The notes: generated by a model not told the origin, from the sequence alone. A stretch of DNA of 20,000 nt from an uncultured virus (IMG/VR IMGVR_UViG_3300025732_000038) (IMGVR_UViG_3300025732_000038), one strand, 5' to 3'; positions 1-6,717 are shown, counted from the stretch's first letter. Numbers and translations: made by a program.

Positions 1-207
1 AAGGTTCAGACGGTTGTGGAGGGCGGTTTCACCATCGGTCACATCACTTCCATTTCCAAGTTGGAGGAGTTGTGCGATAAGGTGAACGGCAAGTCCGCAC
101 CGAAGCCCAAGAAGTCGGTGGTGGATGCTGAGGCAGACCGCCTCGCCAAGAAGTTGACCAAGGCGCAGGTGCGTAGCCTCATCAAGAAGTTGGAGGCTTC
201 GCTCTGA
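1..207 (+). CDS. Hypothetical Lys-rich phage early protein (5'-truncated)
   Basis: Frame 1 is open from base 1 to TGA at 205-207, with codon usage like the other phage genes. The basic C-terminus has no recognisable family motif. Confidence 0.7.
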   Translation, partial: KVQTVVEGGFTIGHITSISKLEELCDKVNGKSAPKPKKSVVDAEADRLAKKLTKAQVRSLIKKLEASL

Positions 208-208
208 G

Positions 209-226
209 TGGTAGGAAAACCTACCA
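209..226. repeat. 18-bp palindrome, copy 1 (TGGTAGG-AAAA-CCTACCA)
   Basis: Perfect 7-bp inverted arms around 4 A/T bases, just after the stop codon at 207. Recurs at 557-574 and 1525-1542. Confidence 0.9.
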
Positions 227-288
227 GCCGAAACGCCGTGAGGCGTCGTTCGCAGGTTGCCCTCTGCGAGCCTGAATGATGGCAGGGC
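227..288 (+). ncRNA. Type II hammerhead ribozyme (variant core, pseudoknotted)
   Basis: Stem II GCC 227-229 / GGC 281-283. GAAA 230-233. Stem III CGCC-GUGA-GGCG 234-245. GUC cleavage triplet 245-247. Stem I GUUCGCAG 248-255 / CUGCGAGC 264-271. Core CUGAAUGA 272-279 plus extra U280. Loop I GCCCU 259-263 is complementary to tail AGGGC 284-288. Confidence 0.85.
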
Positions 289-297
289 TGAAAGGAA

Positions 298-498
298 ATG
301 GAAATGAAAATCAACTACATCGTTCACCGCTTGGAGGGTGGGCGTTACCAAATCGTTGCGTGGTGGCGCGACGGTGCGGGTGAGGTTCATCAGCAGTTTG
401 ACCGTCCTCGTGAGGGCGGTGTGTCGTATGAGGAAATCGTGGCGATTCATCGTCATGAGATGGGTGACCAGCCGTTGGGTAAGATTCAGTTCGCCTGA
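298..498 (+). CDS. Hypothetical protein (66 aa; start may be 304)
   Basis: Preceded by AAAGGA (291-296), immediately downstream of the hammerhead, and co-oriented with its neighbours. Confidence 0.7.
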   Translation: MEMKINYIVHRLEGGRYQIVAWWRDGAGEVHQQFDRPREGGVSYEEIVAIHRHEMGDQPLGKIQFA

Positions 499-538
499 CG
501 GGAAGTGATAGTGGCGTCGCACAAGATGAGTCTTGTGC

Positions 539-592
539 CACGCTGAGAGCACATGGTGGTAGGATTTCCTACCAGTGTGTGTTGTCAGCGTG
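539..592 (+). promoter_or_regulatory. Long intergenic hairpin (about 25 bp) capped by palindrome copy 2
   Basis: CACGCUGA 539-546 pairs with UCAGCGUG 585-592, and 548-555 pairs with 576-583 using G-U wobbles. The apex is UGGUAGG-AUUU-CCUACCA 557-574. An adjacent hairpin GCACAAGA-UGAG-UCUUGUGC lies at 519-538. Confidence 0.7.
557..574. repeat. 18-bp palindrome, copy 2 (TGGTAGG-ATTT-CCTACCA)
   Basis: Arms identical to copy 1; intergenic. Confidence 0.9.
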
Positions 593-626
593 AAACACAC
601 GCACACAAACAACAAGGAGAAACAAC

Positions 627-854
627 ATGAGCAAGTCACAGGAAATGCGAATCATCGATTCGTACGAGTACGAGGGCATCTTTATCCCTCGTCGTGATGA
701 GGAACCGGACACCGATTTCGGTGTTGTCGGTCAGTTTGATGACATGGATGACGACGACATGGTGTCGTTGGAGTGGCGCATCTCCGCTCGTCTGCGTGGT
801 GAGCGTGAGGCGTTGGGCATGTTCCACCATTACAACAAGGAGGTGATGGCGTGA
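627..854 (+). CDS. Hypothetical acidic protein (75 aa)
   Basis: Strong AAGGAG RBS after an AC-rich leader; GTGA overlap with the next ORF. Confidence 0.8.
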   Translation: MSKSQEMRIIDSYEYEGIFIPRRDEEPDTDFGVVGQFDDMDDDDMVSLEWRISARLRGEREALGMFHHYNKEVMA

Positions 855-1102
855 GCCAGTACGCATCGGATGCCCGAGTTGTCGGGGCGTGGCGAGACTC
901 GTTGGAGTATCCCATCGTTGAGGATAACTTCATCGTGGAAAAGAAAGCGAAAGAACTTTCGTACATGAAAGCGTACGAAATTCAGGATGTGTGGTACGAG
1001 TCTCCTGACTTGTCTCGCGCATTCATTGAGTGGGTAAAAGCCCAAGACACCGAACAACTTGTTGCTGAGTTGTTCCGAACAGAGAAGGGAGAGAGCAAGT
1101 GA
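851..1102 (+). CDS. Hypothetical protein (83 aa)
   Basis: GGAGGT RBS, GTG start overlapping the upstream stop, and GTGA coupling to the next gene. Confidence 0.8.
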   Translation: MSQYASDARVVGAWRDSLEYPIVEDNFIVEKKAKELSYMKAYEIQDVWYESPDLSRAFIEWVKAQDTEQLVAELFRTEKGESK

Positions 1103-1530
1103 ACACACAAACAAATGAAAGGTGGGCGGTCATGCGTCCGCAGAACAAGGGCGAGTTCTACATGAAGTGGCAGGGCCACTATTGGTCCGGTCTTGTCTCA
1201 GTACAATCTCGTGGTCGTTGGTGGTACAAGGATGACGGATTCGTTCATCTTTCTACCGATGACATGGACGAATGGTGGGGCATGATGGAAATAGTGCGCG
1301 CATTTCATGTGCGTCCATCCAGCGATGCGAGAATGAATGAGTATCTCGTCATCGCAGAGATGCCGTTTCCGCACGAGCATCTCGTGCTTGCCCACAATTT
1401 CAGCACCCAAGACGAAGCGATTCGTTTCTTGGATGACATGTATGCGTCCACCACTTGCGTGTGGGACGCAGAGGTCTATGTCGGTGGCTCCACTCTGATG
1501 GAGTATCGCATGGAGAGAGGGCTGTTGTAG
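1099..1530 (+). CDS. Hypothetical protein (143 aa, Trp-rich)
   Basis: GTG start overlapping the upstream TGA, with a purine-rich RBS. No recognisable motif. Confidence 0.75.
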   Translation: MNTQTNERWAVMRPQNKGEFYMKWQGHYWSGLVSVQSRGRWWYKDDGFVHLSTDDMDEWWGMMEIVRAFHVRPSSDARMNEYLVIAEMPFPHEHLVLAHNFSTQDEAIRFLDDMYASTTCVWDAEVYVGGSTLMEYRMERGLL

Positions 1531-1542
1531 GATTTCCTACCA
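1525..1542. repeat. 18-bp palindrome, copy 3 (TTGTAGG-ATTT-CCTACCA)
   Basis: One mismatch to copy 2. It overlaps the TAG stop at 1528-1530, is extended by GGCTG 1520-1524 / CAGCC 1541-1545, and lies upstream of the amidoligase gene. Confidence 0.85.
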
Positions 1543-1578
1543 GCCAAACAACAACCAACAACAACAGAAAGGAAAGTC

Positions 1579-2799
1579 ATGACAGCATCAGAGGATTTCG
1601 TTCCCGAGGAACCACCGATTGGTGAGTGCCACAACTGTGGCGAGGAGCGTGTGCTCACGTCCGTCGCGGACGGATACTCGTATGACGAACAGCACCGCTG
1701 GCGTCAGCGTCATCACATGTACTGCGAGGAATGTTTCTTCCACTGTAACGAATGTGATGAGCCGACACCAGAGACCAACCGCTATCCGTCCCCGCTGAAT
1801 GGCAGGGCGTATTGCGAGGATTGTTATTGCGAAACTCACAACACATGCGAGCGTTGCGATGACACCATCTGGGCGCACCAGTCCAACTATCCCGACTTCC
1901 GCGATGGTCCCTACTGTGACGATTGCCTAATGGTGATTGAGGATGAGTACTACGGAGGTGACTGCGACTATGAACATCCGTCTAATGTCATCAGGTCGTA
2001 CTCAACCAAGTTGGGTAGCGTGTTCCGTCACTGGGACACTGTCATCAACGACTGCGTTCTCACTGGTCGTGGTCGTCACGAGATTCCGTATCTCGGCTTT
2101 GAGTTGGAGACCAACATGCGCGAGGGGTCGGGTTACGAGTTGCGTGAGCGTGGTGCTATCGCTCTGCGTGACGCATCGCCCGATGACTACCTCATCATGA
2201 AAGAGGATGGCTCCATCAGTGGATTCGAGATTGTCACCGAACCGTGTGACTATCGCACCCACTTGGAGTTGTTCCCGTGGCACATGCTCAACAAACTTGC
2301 TACCGATTTCGGTATGACATCGTGGCGTGGCGCTGGCGCTGGGCTTCATGTCCACATCAGCAAGTCATCGTTCAGCAAACTCCACCTCGGTGCGTTCCTC
2401 CAATTCCATGACAAGAACATCAAGGAACTCGTCAAGTTGGCGGGTCGCGAGTCCACCTACTCCAAGTTCGGACGCACGATTCGTGACTGGAACCACGATG
2501 TCAAGATGGACAGAGTGAAGCAGGCGATGGGATTGGAAGTGAACGGCGACCGCTATGTCGCAGTCAATCTCCAAAACCGCAACACTGTGGAACTGCGCTA
2601 CTTCCGTGGCAGTCTCAAAGAGCAGACTGTCAAGGGTGTGTTGGAGTTCACGCACTCGTTGTGGCAGTACACCAAGCAGACCAAGTTCACTTCACTTGAC
2701 TCGCACAAGAACATTCTGTGGCCGGCGTATCGTGAGTGGCTGTTCGCTCAGCCAGAGTTCACGCACGCTCAGTCACTCGTCACTACCCGTGGTCTCTGA
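1579..2799 (+). CDS. Putative amidoligase (COOH-NH2 ligase, Amidoligase_2-like) with N-terminal Cys-rich Zn-finger repeats
   Basis: Motifs GFELET, KEDGSI..GFEIVTEP, GLHVHIS and RYVAVN....TVELRYFRGSL are typical of glutamine synthetase/GCS-fold phage amidoligases. Six CxxC motifs occur in the first ~116 aa. AAAGGA RBS; adjacent to a class II GATase. Confidence 0.85.
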   Translation: MTASEDFVPEEPPIGECHNCGEERVLTSVADGYSYDEQHRWRQRHHMYCEECFFHCNECDEPTPETNRYPSPLNGRAYCEDCYCETHNTCERCDDTIWAHQSNYPDFRDGPYCDDCLMVIEDEYYGGDCDYEHPSNVIRSYSTKLGSVFRHWDTVINDCVLTGRGRHEIPYLGFELETNMREGSGYELRERGAIALRDASPDDYLIMKEDGSISGFEIVTEPCDYRTHLELFPWHMLNKLATDFGMTSWRGAGAGLHVHISKSSFSKLHLGAFLQFHDKNIKELVKLAGRESTYSKFGRTIRDWNHDVKMDRVKQAMGLEVNGDRYVAVNLQNRNTVELRYFRGSLKEQTVKGVLEFTHSLWQYTKQTKFTSLDSHKNILWPAYREWLFAQPEFTHAQSLVTTRGL

Positions 2800-2822
2800 C
2801 CACAGAATAGGAGATACATCAA

Positions 2823-3674
2823 ATGTGTTTGCTCATCTACGCCAGCCCTAATCACAACCCGTCCAAGAAAGCCTTGCGTCGTGCTGCGAACAACAACCCT
2901 GATGGGTTCGGGTTCGCTGTGCGCACCAACAAGGAAGTCTTGTACTACAAGTCCATGTCTATTGAGGACACCATCAAGGAGTTCTTTGACCTCCGCAAGC
3001 GGTTCCCCGATAGCCATTCCATCTTCCATCTTCGCATCACCACGCATGGTGCTACGAATCTGGACAACTGCCATCCGTTCGTAGTGGATGACGCCATCGT
3101 GCTTGCGCACAACGGCATGCTCCCCATCAAGGAACAAGATGGCAAGTCTGACACTCGCCAGTTCGCGGAGGAATGGTTGCCGACGATGGGCGTCAAGGAA
3201 ATGCTTGACGACCCTCGTGGCTTCGCAGAGTTGGAAGCATTTGCGACGGGTTCCAAGTTGGCTATCGTTTCCGCCAACCCGCAACTTGACCATCCGTTCT
3301 ACATCGTGAACGAACGGCTCGGTCATTGGGACAAGGGCGTGTGGTATTCCAACTCGTCGTACACCAAGAACTACAACTCGTGGATGTCGTATTCGTCTGC
3401 GTCGTGGCGTTCATACAACGGTCACGGCTACACCCCACAAGATGATGCGCTTGTCATCAACAACTCGTGGCAGTGGGACGAGGAGCAAGACGAGTGGTAC
3501 TACGAGGACGAGATTGTTGACTGGCGCTGTAATGTGTGCGACCTGACAACCACGATTGACCTCGCTGACGACGAGCCTCGTGCCTGTCCGGAGTGTGGCA
3601 CGTGCTGGTTCTGCGAGAAGGACTACTCGTCCTGCTACTGTTGGCATCCGAAACTACAATTGGAAAGGAAGTAA
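2823..3674 (+). CDS. Class II (Ntn) glutamine amidotransferase with C-terminal Cys-rich Zn ribbon
   Basis: N-terminal nucleophile MC, with NPDGFG, HLRITTHG, NCHPF, AHNG and SDT motifs. C-terminal CNVC..CPECGTCWFC..CYC. AGGAG RBS. Confidence 0.9.
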   Translation: MCLLIYASPNHNPSKKALRRAANNNPDGFGFAVRTNKEVLYYKSMSIEDTIKEFFDLRKRFPDSHSIFHLRITTHGATNLDNCHPFVVDDAIVLAHNGMLPIKEQDGKSDTRQFAEEWLPTMGVKEMLDDPRGFAELEAFATGSKLAIVSANPQLDHPFYIVNERLGHWDKGVWYSNSSYTKNYNSWMSYSSASWRSYNGHGYTPQDDALVINNSWQWDEEQDEWYYEDEIVDWRCNVCDLTTTIDLADDEPRACPECGTCWFCEKDYSSCYCWHPKLQLERK

Positions 3675-3794
3675 ATGAACTGGGTATTGCTCATCTCATT
3701 CTTGTGGGCGGGTATCGTCGTCGGTCTGATGGCGTTCTCGTTTCATGTCGGATACAATCATGCTCTCTACGAACTACGGAAGGATAACGAATAA
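3675..3794 (+). CDS. Small membrane protein (39 aa, MNWVLLISFLWAGIVVGLMAFSFHVGYNHALYELRKDNE); not in the ORF track
   Basis: ATG directly follows the GATase TAA, with an AAAGGAAG RBS, a single hydrophobic helix and a TAATG overlap with the next gene. Confidence 0.7.
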   Translation: MNWVLLISFLWAGIVVGLMAFSFHVGYNHALYELRKDNE

Positions 3795-3991
3795 TGGAAC
3801 CGACACTCAGTCTTGATGTAACCTTTGAGGAATTGTCTGCGCTTCACAAGACAATCGGTATCGCGATTGACAACCTCAACAGCAAGGTCGCCCGTCTGGG
3901 TACTGACTCTCATCGGGGTAGCGATGCGCTCTCCGACCTCAACCTGCTAGCCAACATTCAACGTCAGATTCTTGACCAACTCACCAACTGA
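3794..3991 (+). CDS. Hypothetical helical protein (65 aa)
   Basis: AAGGA RBS and TAATG coupling to the upstream ORF. Confidence 0.75.
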   Translation: MEPTLSLDVTFEELSALHKTIGIAIDNLNSKVARLGTDSHRGSDALSDLNLLANIQRQILDQLTN

Positions 3992-4000
3992 AAGGCAACC

Positions 4001-4435
4001 ATGAACAACAAACTCAGCACCAACGATGAACTCTTCAACTCGTTCCTTGTGTGGGCAACGAACGCCGACTCGTGGAACGACCAGTATGCCAGCGTATGGG
4101 CAAGGGGCAGTAGCCTCGACGAGTGGGACATTCAGGTCTTGCCGACGCAAGACCCGTACCATCTGCTCCCCTTGTGCGTTCAGTCAACACCCAAGGACAG
4201 CGCACAGGAGTACATGATGATGATGTACGGCTGGGCCACCCCTGTCACGGAGGACAACGAGGAGGTGGAGGGCGAGGAACGTCGCCGCATCCGTGTCATC
4301 GTCTACTTCCACAAAGGGGAGGAACGTATCGCTCTCCAATTCAAGGGCGAAACGATTGAGGAAGTGCCGAACGGTGAGGGTATGTTCGGTGACGCAATCC
4401 GAGAACTTCGGGCAATCCAATCAGCAAACAACTAG
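4001..4435 (+). CDS. Hypothetical protein (144 aa)
   Basis: AAAGG RBS, tight gene packing and phage-like codon usage. Confidence 0.8.
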   Translation: MNNKLSTNDELFNSFLVWATNADSWNDQYASVWARGSSLDEWDIQVLPTQDPYHLLPLCVQSTPKDSAQEYMMMMYGWATPVTEDNEEVEGEERRRIRVIVYFHKGEERIALQFKGETIEEVPNGEGMFGDAIRELRAIQSANN

Positions 4436-4443
4436 GAGGAAGC

Positions 4444-4704
4444 ATGAGAGAAGCATCAACCCCGTACACGATGGTGTACTCCCCTCTTGTCTTCGTGGAT
4501 TTCGATGAGCACGGTAACGTCCGTTCTCACGAACTCCAATGGAGCACGGAGGGCGGGCTGTATGTCAACGACAACAAGAACAAGAAGCGTTTCATCTTGA
4601 ATCAGTTGCCTCAGGAAATCGTTGAGCAAGTGGATGACTACCTGAGCGCGCTTGATCTCGTGCGCTGGTTCCAGCCAGAACCCATGCCCGATGAACCGTT
4701 CTGA
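4444..4704 (+). CDS. Hypothetical protein (86 aa)
   Basis: AGGAGG RBS just upstream of the ATG. Confidence 0.8.
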   Translation: MREASTPYTMVYSPLVFVDFDEHGNVRSHELQWSTEGGLYVNDNKNKKRFILNQLPQEIVEQVDDYLSALDLVRWFQPEPMPDEPF

Positions 4705-4831
4705 CAACACGGAACGCTGGGTATGCCCCAAGTGTGGCACTAAGTTGACAACCCATGTGGTATTATCGGAACCACCGTCTTGTATCAAGCACCGTGGTGG
4801 CTGGGTCAAGATGGTTCCGCAAGGCAAGTAA
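4691..4831 (+). CDS. Small Zn-ribbon protein (46 aa, MNRSDNTERWVCPKCGTKLTTHVVLSEPPSCIKHRGGWVKMVPQGK); not in the ORF track
   Basis: WxCPKCG...CxxH metal-binding pattern. It fills the gap between the previous ORF and the terminator hairpin exactly. Confidence 0.65.
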   Translation: MNRSDNTERWVCPKCGTKLTTHVVLSEPPSCIKHRGGWVKMVPQGK

Positions 4832-4874
4832 CGAAACGCCCTCGGCACAGCGCCCCTGTGTCGGGGGCTTTCGT
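4831..4874 (+). terminator. Probable intrinsic terminator ending the early operon
   Basis: GCCCUCGGCACAG 4838-4850 / CUGUGUCGGGGGC 4856-4868 stem with a 5-nt loop, followed by UUUCGU that can also pair with ACGAAA 4831-4836. Located right after the stop at 4831. Confidence 0.7.
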
Positions 4875-4890
4875 CGTCTCTACCCACCAG

Positions 4891-4913
4891 TTGACAAACC
4901 CCGTTGCTACAAT
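4891..4913 (+). promoter_or_regulatory. Putative promoter for the replication operon (extended -10 TGcTACAAT; TTGACA only 11 bp upstream)
   Basis: TTGACA 4891-4896 and TACAAT 4908-4913 preceded by TG, located between the terminator and the gene at 5005. The spacing is non-canonical. Confidence 0.5.
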
Positions 4914-5004
4914 CAACTTCGTCAGAAGTTGCTAGGGGGATACAGTATCCACGGCGCTCGAAGCGCCGTGGATTAGGTAACTACGACAAAGACAAGGAGG
5001 ACGA

Positions 5005-5454
5005 ATGTCCGACCCTACCCGTTGCCCTGTCAAAGGTCACGACCCCGACTGTCTCTGTGATGTCATCGTCACCGAGCCATCGCCAATCCTTTCGGATTGG
5101 GCGAACGATGGCTGGTTCACGAAGGTCATAGCGGAGCGTCTTGGTCTGTCTACGCCTTGGACTGACGCAACCATTCTGGAACTTCTCGTGGCGCAGACCA
5201 TGCTTCACGATGAGTATGTGGTACAATACAAACTTGAGGTTCTTTCTGAGGAAGAACGCAAGCGTAACAAGAGTGAGCGCAAGACCCTGATGTCGCCCGA
5301 ACAGATGAACGATGTTCAGCGTATGTTCATCAACGGGGCCACGACTACGGCTGTTCGTATCCATCTCCAATCCAAGTACGGATTGGAACTAACCAAGACG
5401 TACGCGGCGCATCTGCGCCGGCGTACGTTGGACAAGGTGAACAATGAGAGTTGA
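5005..5454 (+). CDS. Hypothetical protein, possible DNA-binding regulator (N-terminal C/H metal site, C-terminal HTH-like helices)
   Basis: AAGGAGG RBS. CPVKGHDPDCLC at the N-terminus. The C-terminal SPEQMNDVQRMFINGATTTAVRIHL..YGLELTKTYAAHLRRR resembles a helix-turn-helix. Confidence 0.6.
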   Translation: MSDPTRCPVKGHDPDCLCDVIVTEPSPILSDWANDGWFTKVIAERLGLSTPWTDATILELLVAQTMLHDEYVVQYKLEVLSEEERKRNKSERKTLMSPEQMNDVQRMFINGATTTAVRIHLQSKYGLELTKTYAAHLRRRTLDKVNNES

Positions 5455-6268
5455 ACAAAGGTCAGATGGCGCTGATGTGTATGTCAGGCAGTCGTGGATA
5501 AACGACGCGATGATGTGCGCCGAGCGAGGCAGGCAAGCAATCATCCGTCCCGAGTGGTCTATGCCTAATGATGCCACCATTCTTGGTACGGCTGTTCATG
5601 CTGGCATTGCCACCATTCTGGAGGGCAAGGGTAGTGGCACTAAGGTGGCGCACGAAACGCTGAATGAGTTGATCGCCCAGCCTTTCATGCGTACGAAGTA
5701 CACGAATGAGGAACTTCACGATCATGCTCGCGAACTCGTGTCTGAGTGGGAACGCAACGTCGCCCCTCATGTCGGTGAGGTCGTTGCCGTTGAGAAAGAT
5801 TTCGAGTTCCTGCTCGATGAGTTCACAGACCCAACGCTTGGTGTCGTGCGTGTTCATGGCAAGGGAACGATTGACCTCGTTACCACCACGGATGTGTGGG
5901 ACTGGAAGACAGCGGGGCGCAAGTACAACGCCAGAGAGAAACAGTCACAAGCGGTACAGCCAACGATGTATTCGGCTGCCGCTGTTGCCATGGGCTGGCT
6001 GGAGTATCCTGTAACATTCAAGTATGGCGTTATGGTTCGTGGCGGTAAGGCACAGATCGTGCCCGTTCATCGCAACGAAAGCCACACCGAGTGGCTACGA
6101 GACATCGTTCGCCCGTTTGTACGGACAACGATGTTGCTCGGTACTGACACATCATGGACAAAGAATGACACGCACTACCTGTGTAGTGAAACGTGGTGTT
6201 CATGGTGGTCAATCTGTAAGGGAAGCAAACTGTCACCTAGTGACCTGACCCCCGAAGGGGATAAGTAA
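5444..6268 (+). CDS. Cas4/RecB-like PD-(D/E)XK exonuclease
   Basis: GTAVH, VEKDF, GTIDLV, DWKT and QxxMY motifs. One N-terminal Cys plus C-terminal CSETWCSWWSIC fits an Fe-S cluster staple. Confidence 0.85.
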   Translation: MRVEQRSDGADVYVRQSWINDAMMCAERGRQAIIRPEWSMPNDATILGTAVHAGIATILEGKGSGTKVAHETLNELIAQPFMRTKYTNEELHDHARELVSEWERNVAPHVGEVVAVEKDFEFLLDEFTDPTLGVVRVHGKGTIDLVTTTDVWDWKTAGRKYNAREKQSQAVQPTMYSAAAVAMGWLEYPVTFKYGVMVRGGKAQIVPVHRNESHTEWLRDIVRPFVRTTMLLGTDTSWTKNDTHYLCSETWCSWWSICKGSKLSPSDLTPEGDK

Positions 6269-6717
6269 TGATTAGCAAGGACCAGTCAATCATCATGCAG
6301 GTTGCCGCAAAGATCGCGGCTGAACTGTGTGTCAAGTCAGACAACTTGGAAGCAACGCTCTCCGATTGGGACGTGGCTTTCAACTTTGTGAACGACAAAC
6401 TTCAGACCACCAATGGCGTGGAGATGGTGAAGGCGGCGTTCCCCACGGCAACGATGGTGACCGAAGCGGACATCCCGTCCAGCGCGATTCAGGTGACGCT
6501 CGCTCCTGCGCGTGACACCTCCTCTGTCACCGTTGCTGGCACTCAGCATGGCGACCTTCCGAACTGGCTCGTGTCTGCGTGCCAGAAGGCTGGCGTTGGG
6601 CGAGTGTGGGACAACCGCGACTCTGCTGTCGGAACGAAGCGCCCTTGGTTCAAGCAGGCGGACGCGCCTGAGGGTGTTGAGCCTGCGGCGTTTTGGCCGC
6701 CGAAGAACGTCAAGTGA
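6268..6717 (+). CDS. Hypothetical protein, possibly single-stranded DNA binding/annealing
   Basis: TAATG coupling; lies between the exonuclease and helicase; aromatic/basic C-terminal motif VWDNR..KRPWFK..FW. The function is inferred from position only. Confidence 0.55.
   Translation: MISKDQSIIMQVAAKIAAELCVKSDNLEATLSDWDVAFNFVNDKLQTTNGVEMVKAAFPTATMVTEADIPSSAIQVTLAPARDTSSVTVAGTQHGDLPNWLVSACQKAGVGRVWDNRDSAVGTKRPWFKQADAPEGVEPAAFWPPKNVK

Noticed and set aside
543..596. Second hammerhead suggested by CTGAGAG ... GAAAC
   Set aside because: The core lacks the N7 position, CTGA is sequestered in the long hairpin, and no stem I/III with a UH site could be built.
209..1542. Palindromic repeats plus a Cas4-like gene as a CRISPR system
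   Set aside because: Copies are 348 and 968 bp apart and separated by whole genes rather than 30-40 bp spacers. There are no cas1/cas2 or effector genes, and solo Cas4-like exonucleases are common in phage replication modules.
4831..4874. CGAAAC plus hairpin as another hammerhead
   Set aside because: There is no CUGANGA nearby and no UH after the stem. It is better explained as a terminator.
4755..5131. ORF-track calls 4755-4976 and 4904-5131
   Set aside because: They run through the terminator, promoter and inverted repeats and lack an RBS. The 46-aa Zn-ribbon ORF and the 5005 gene explain the region better.
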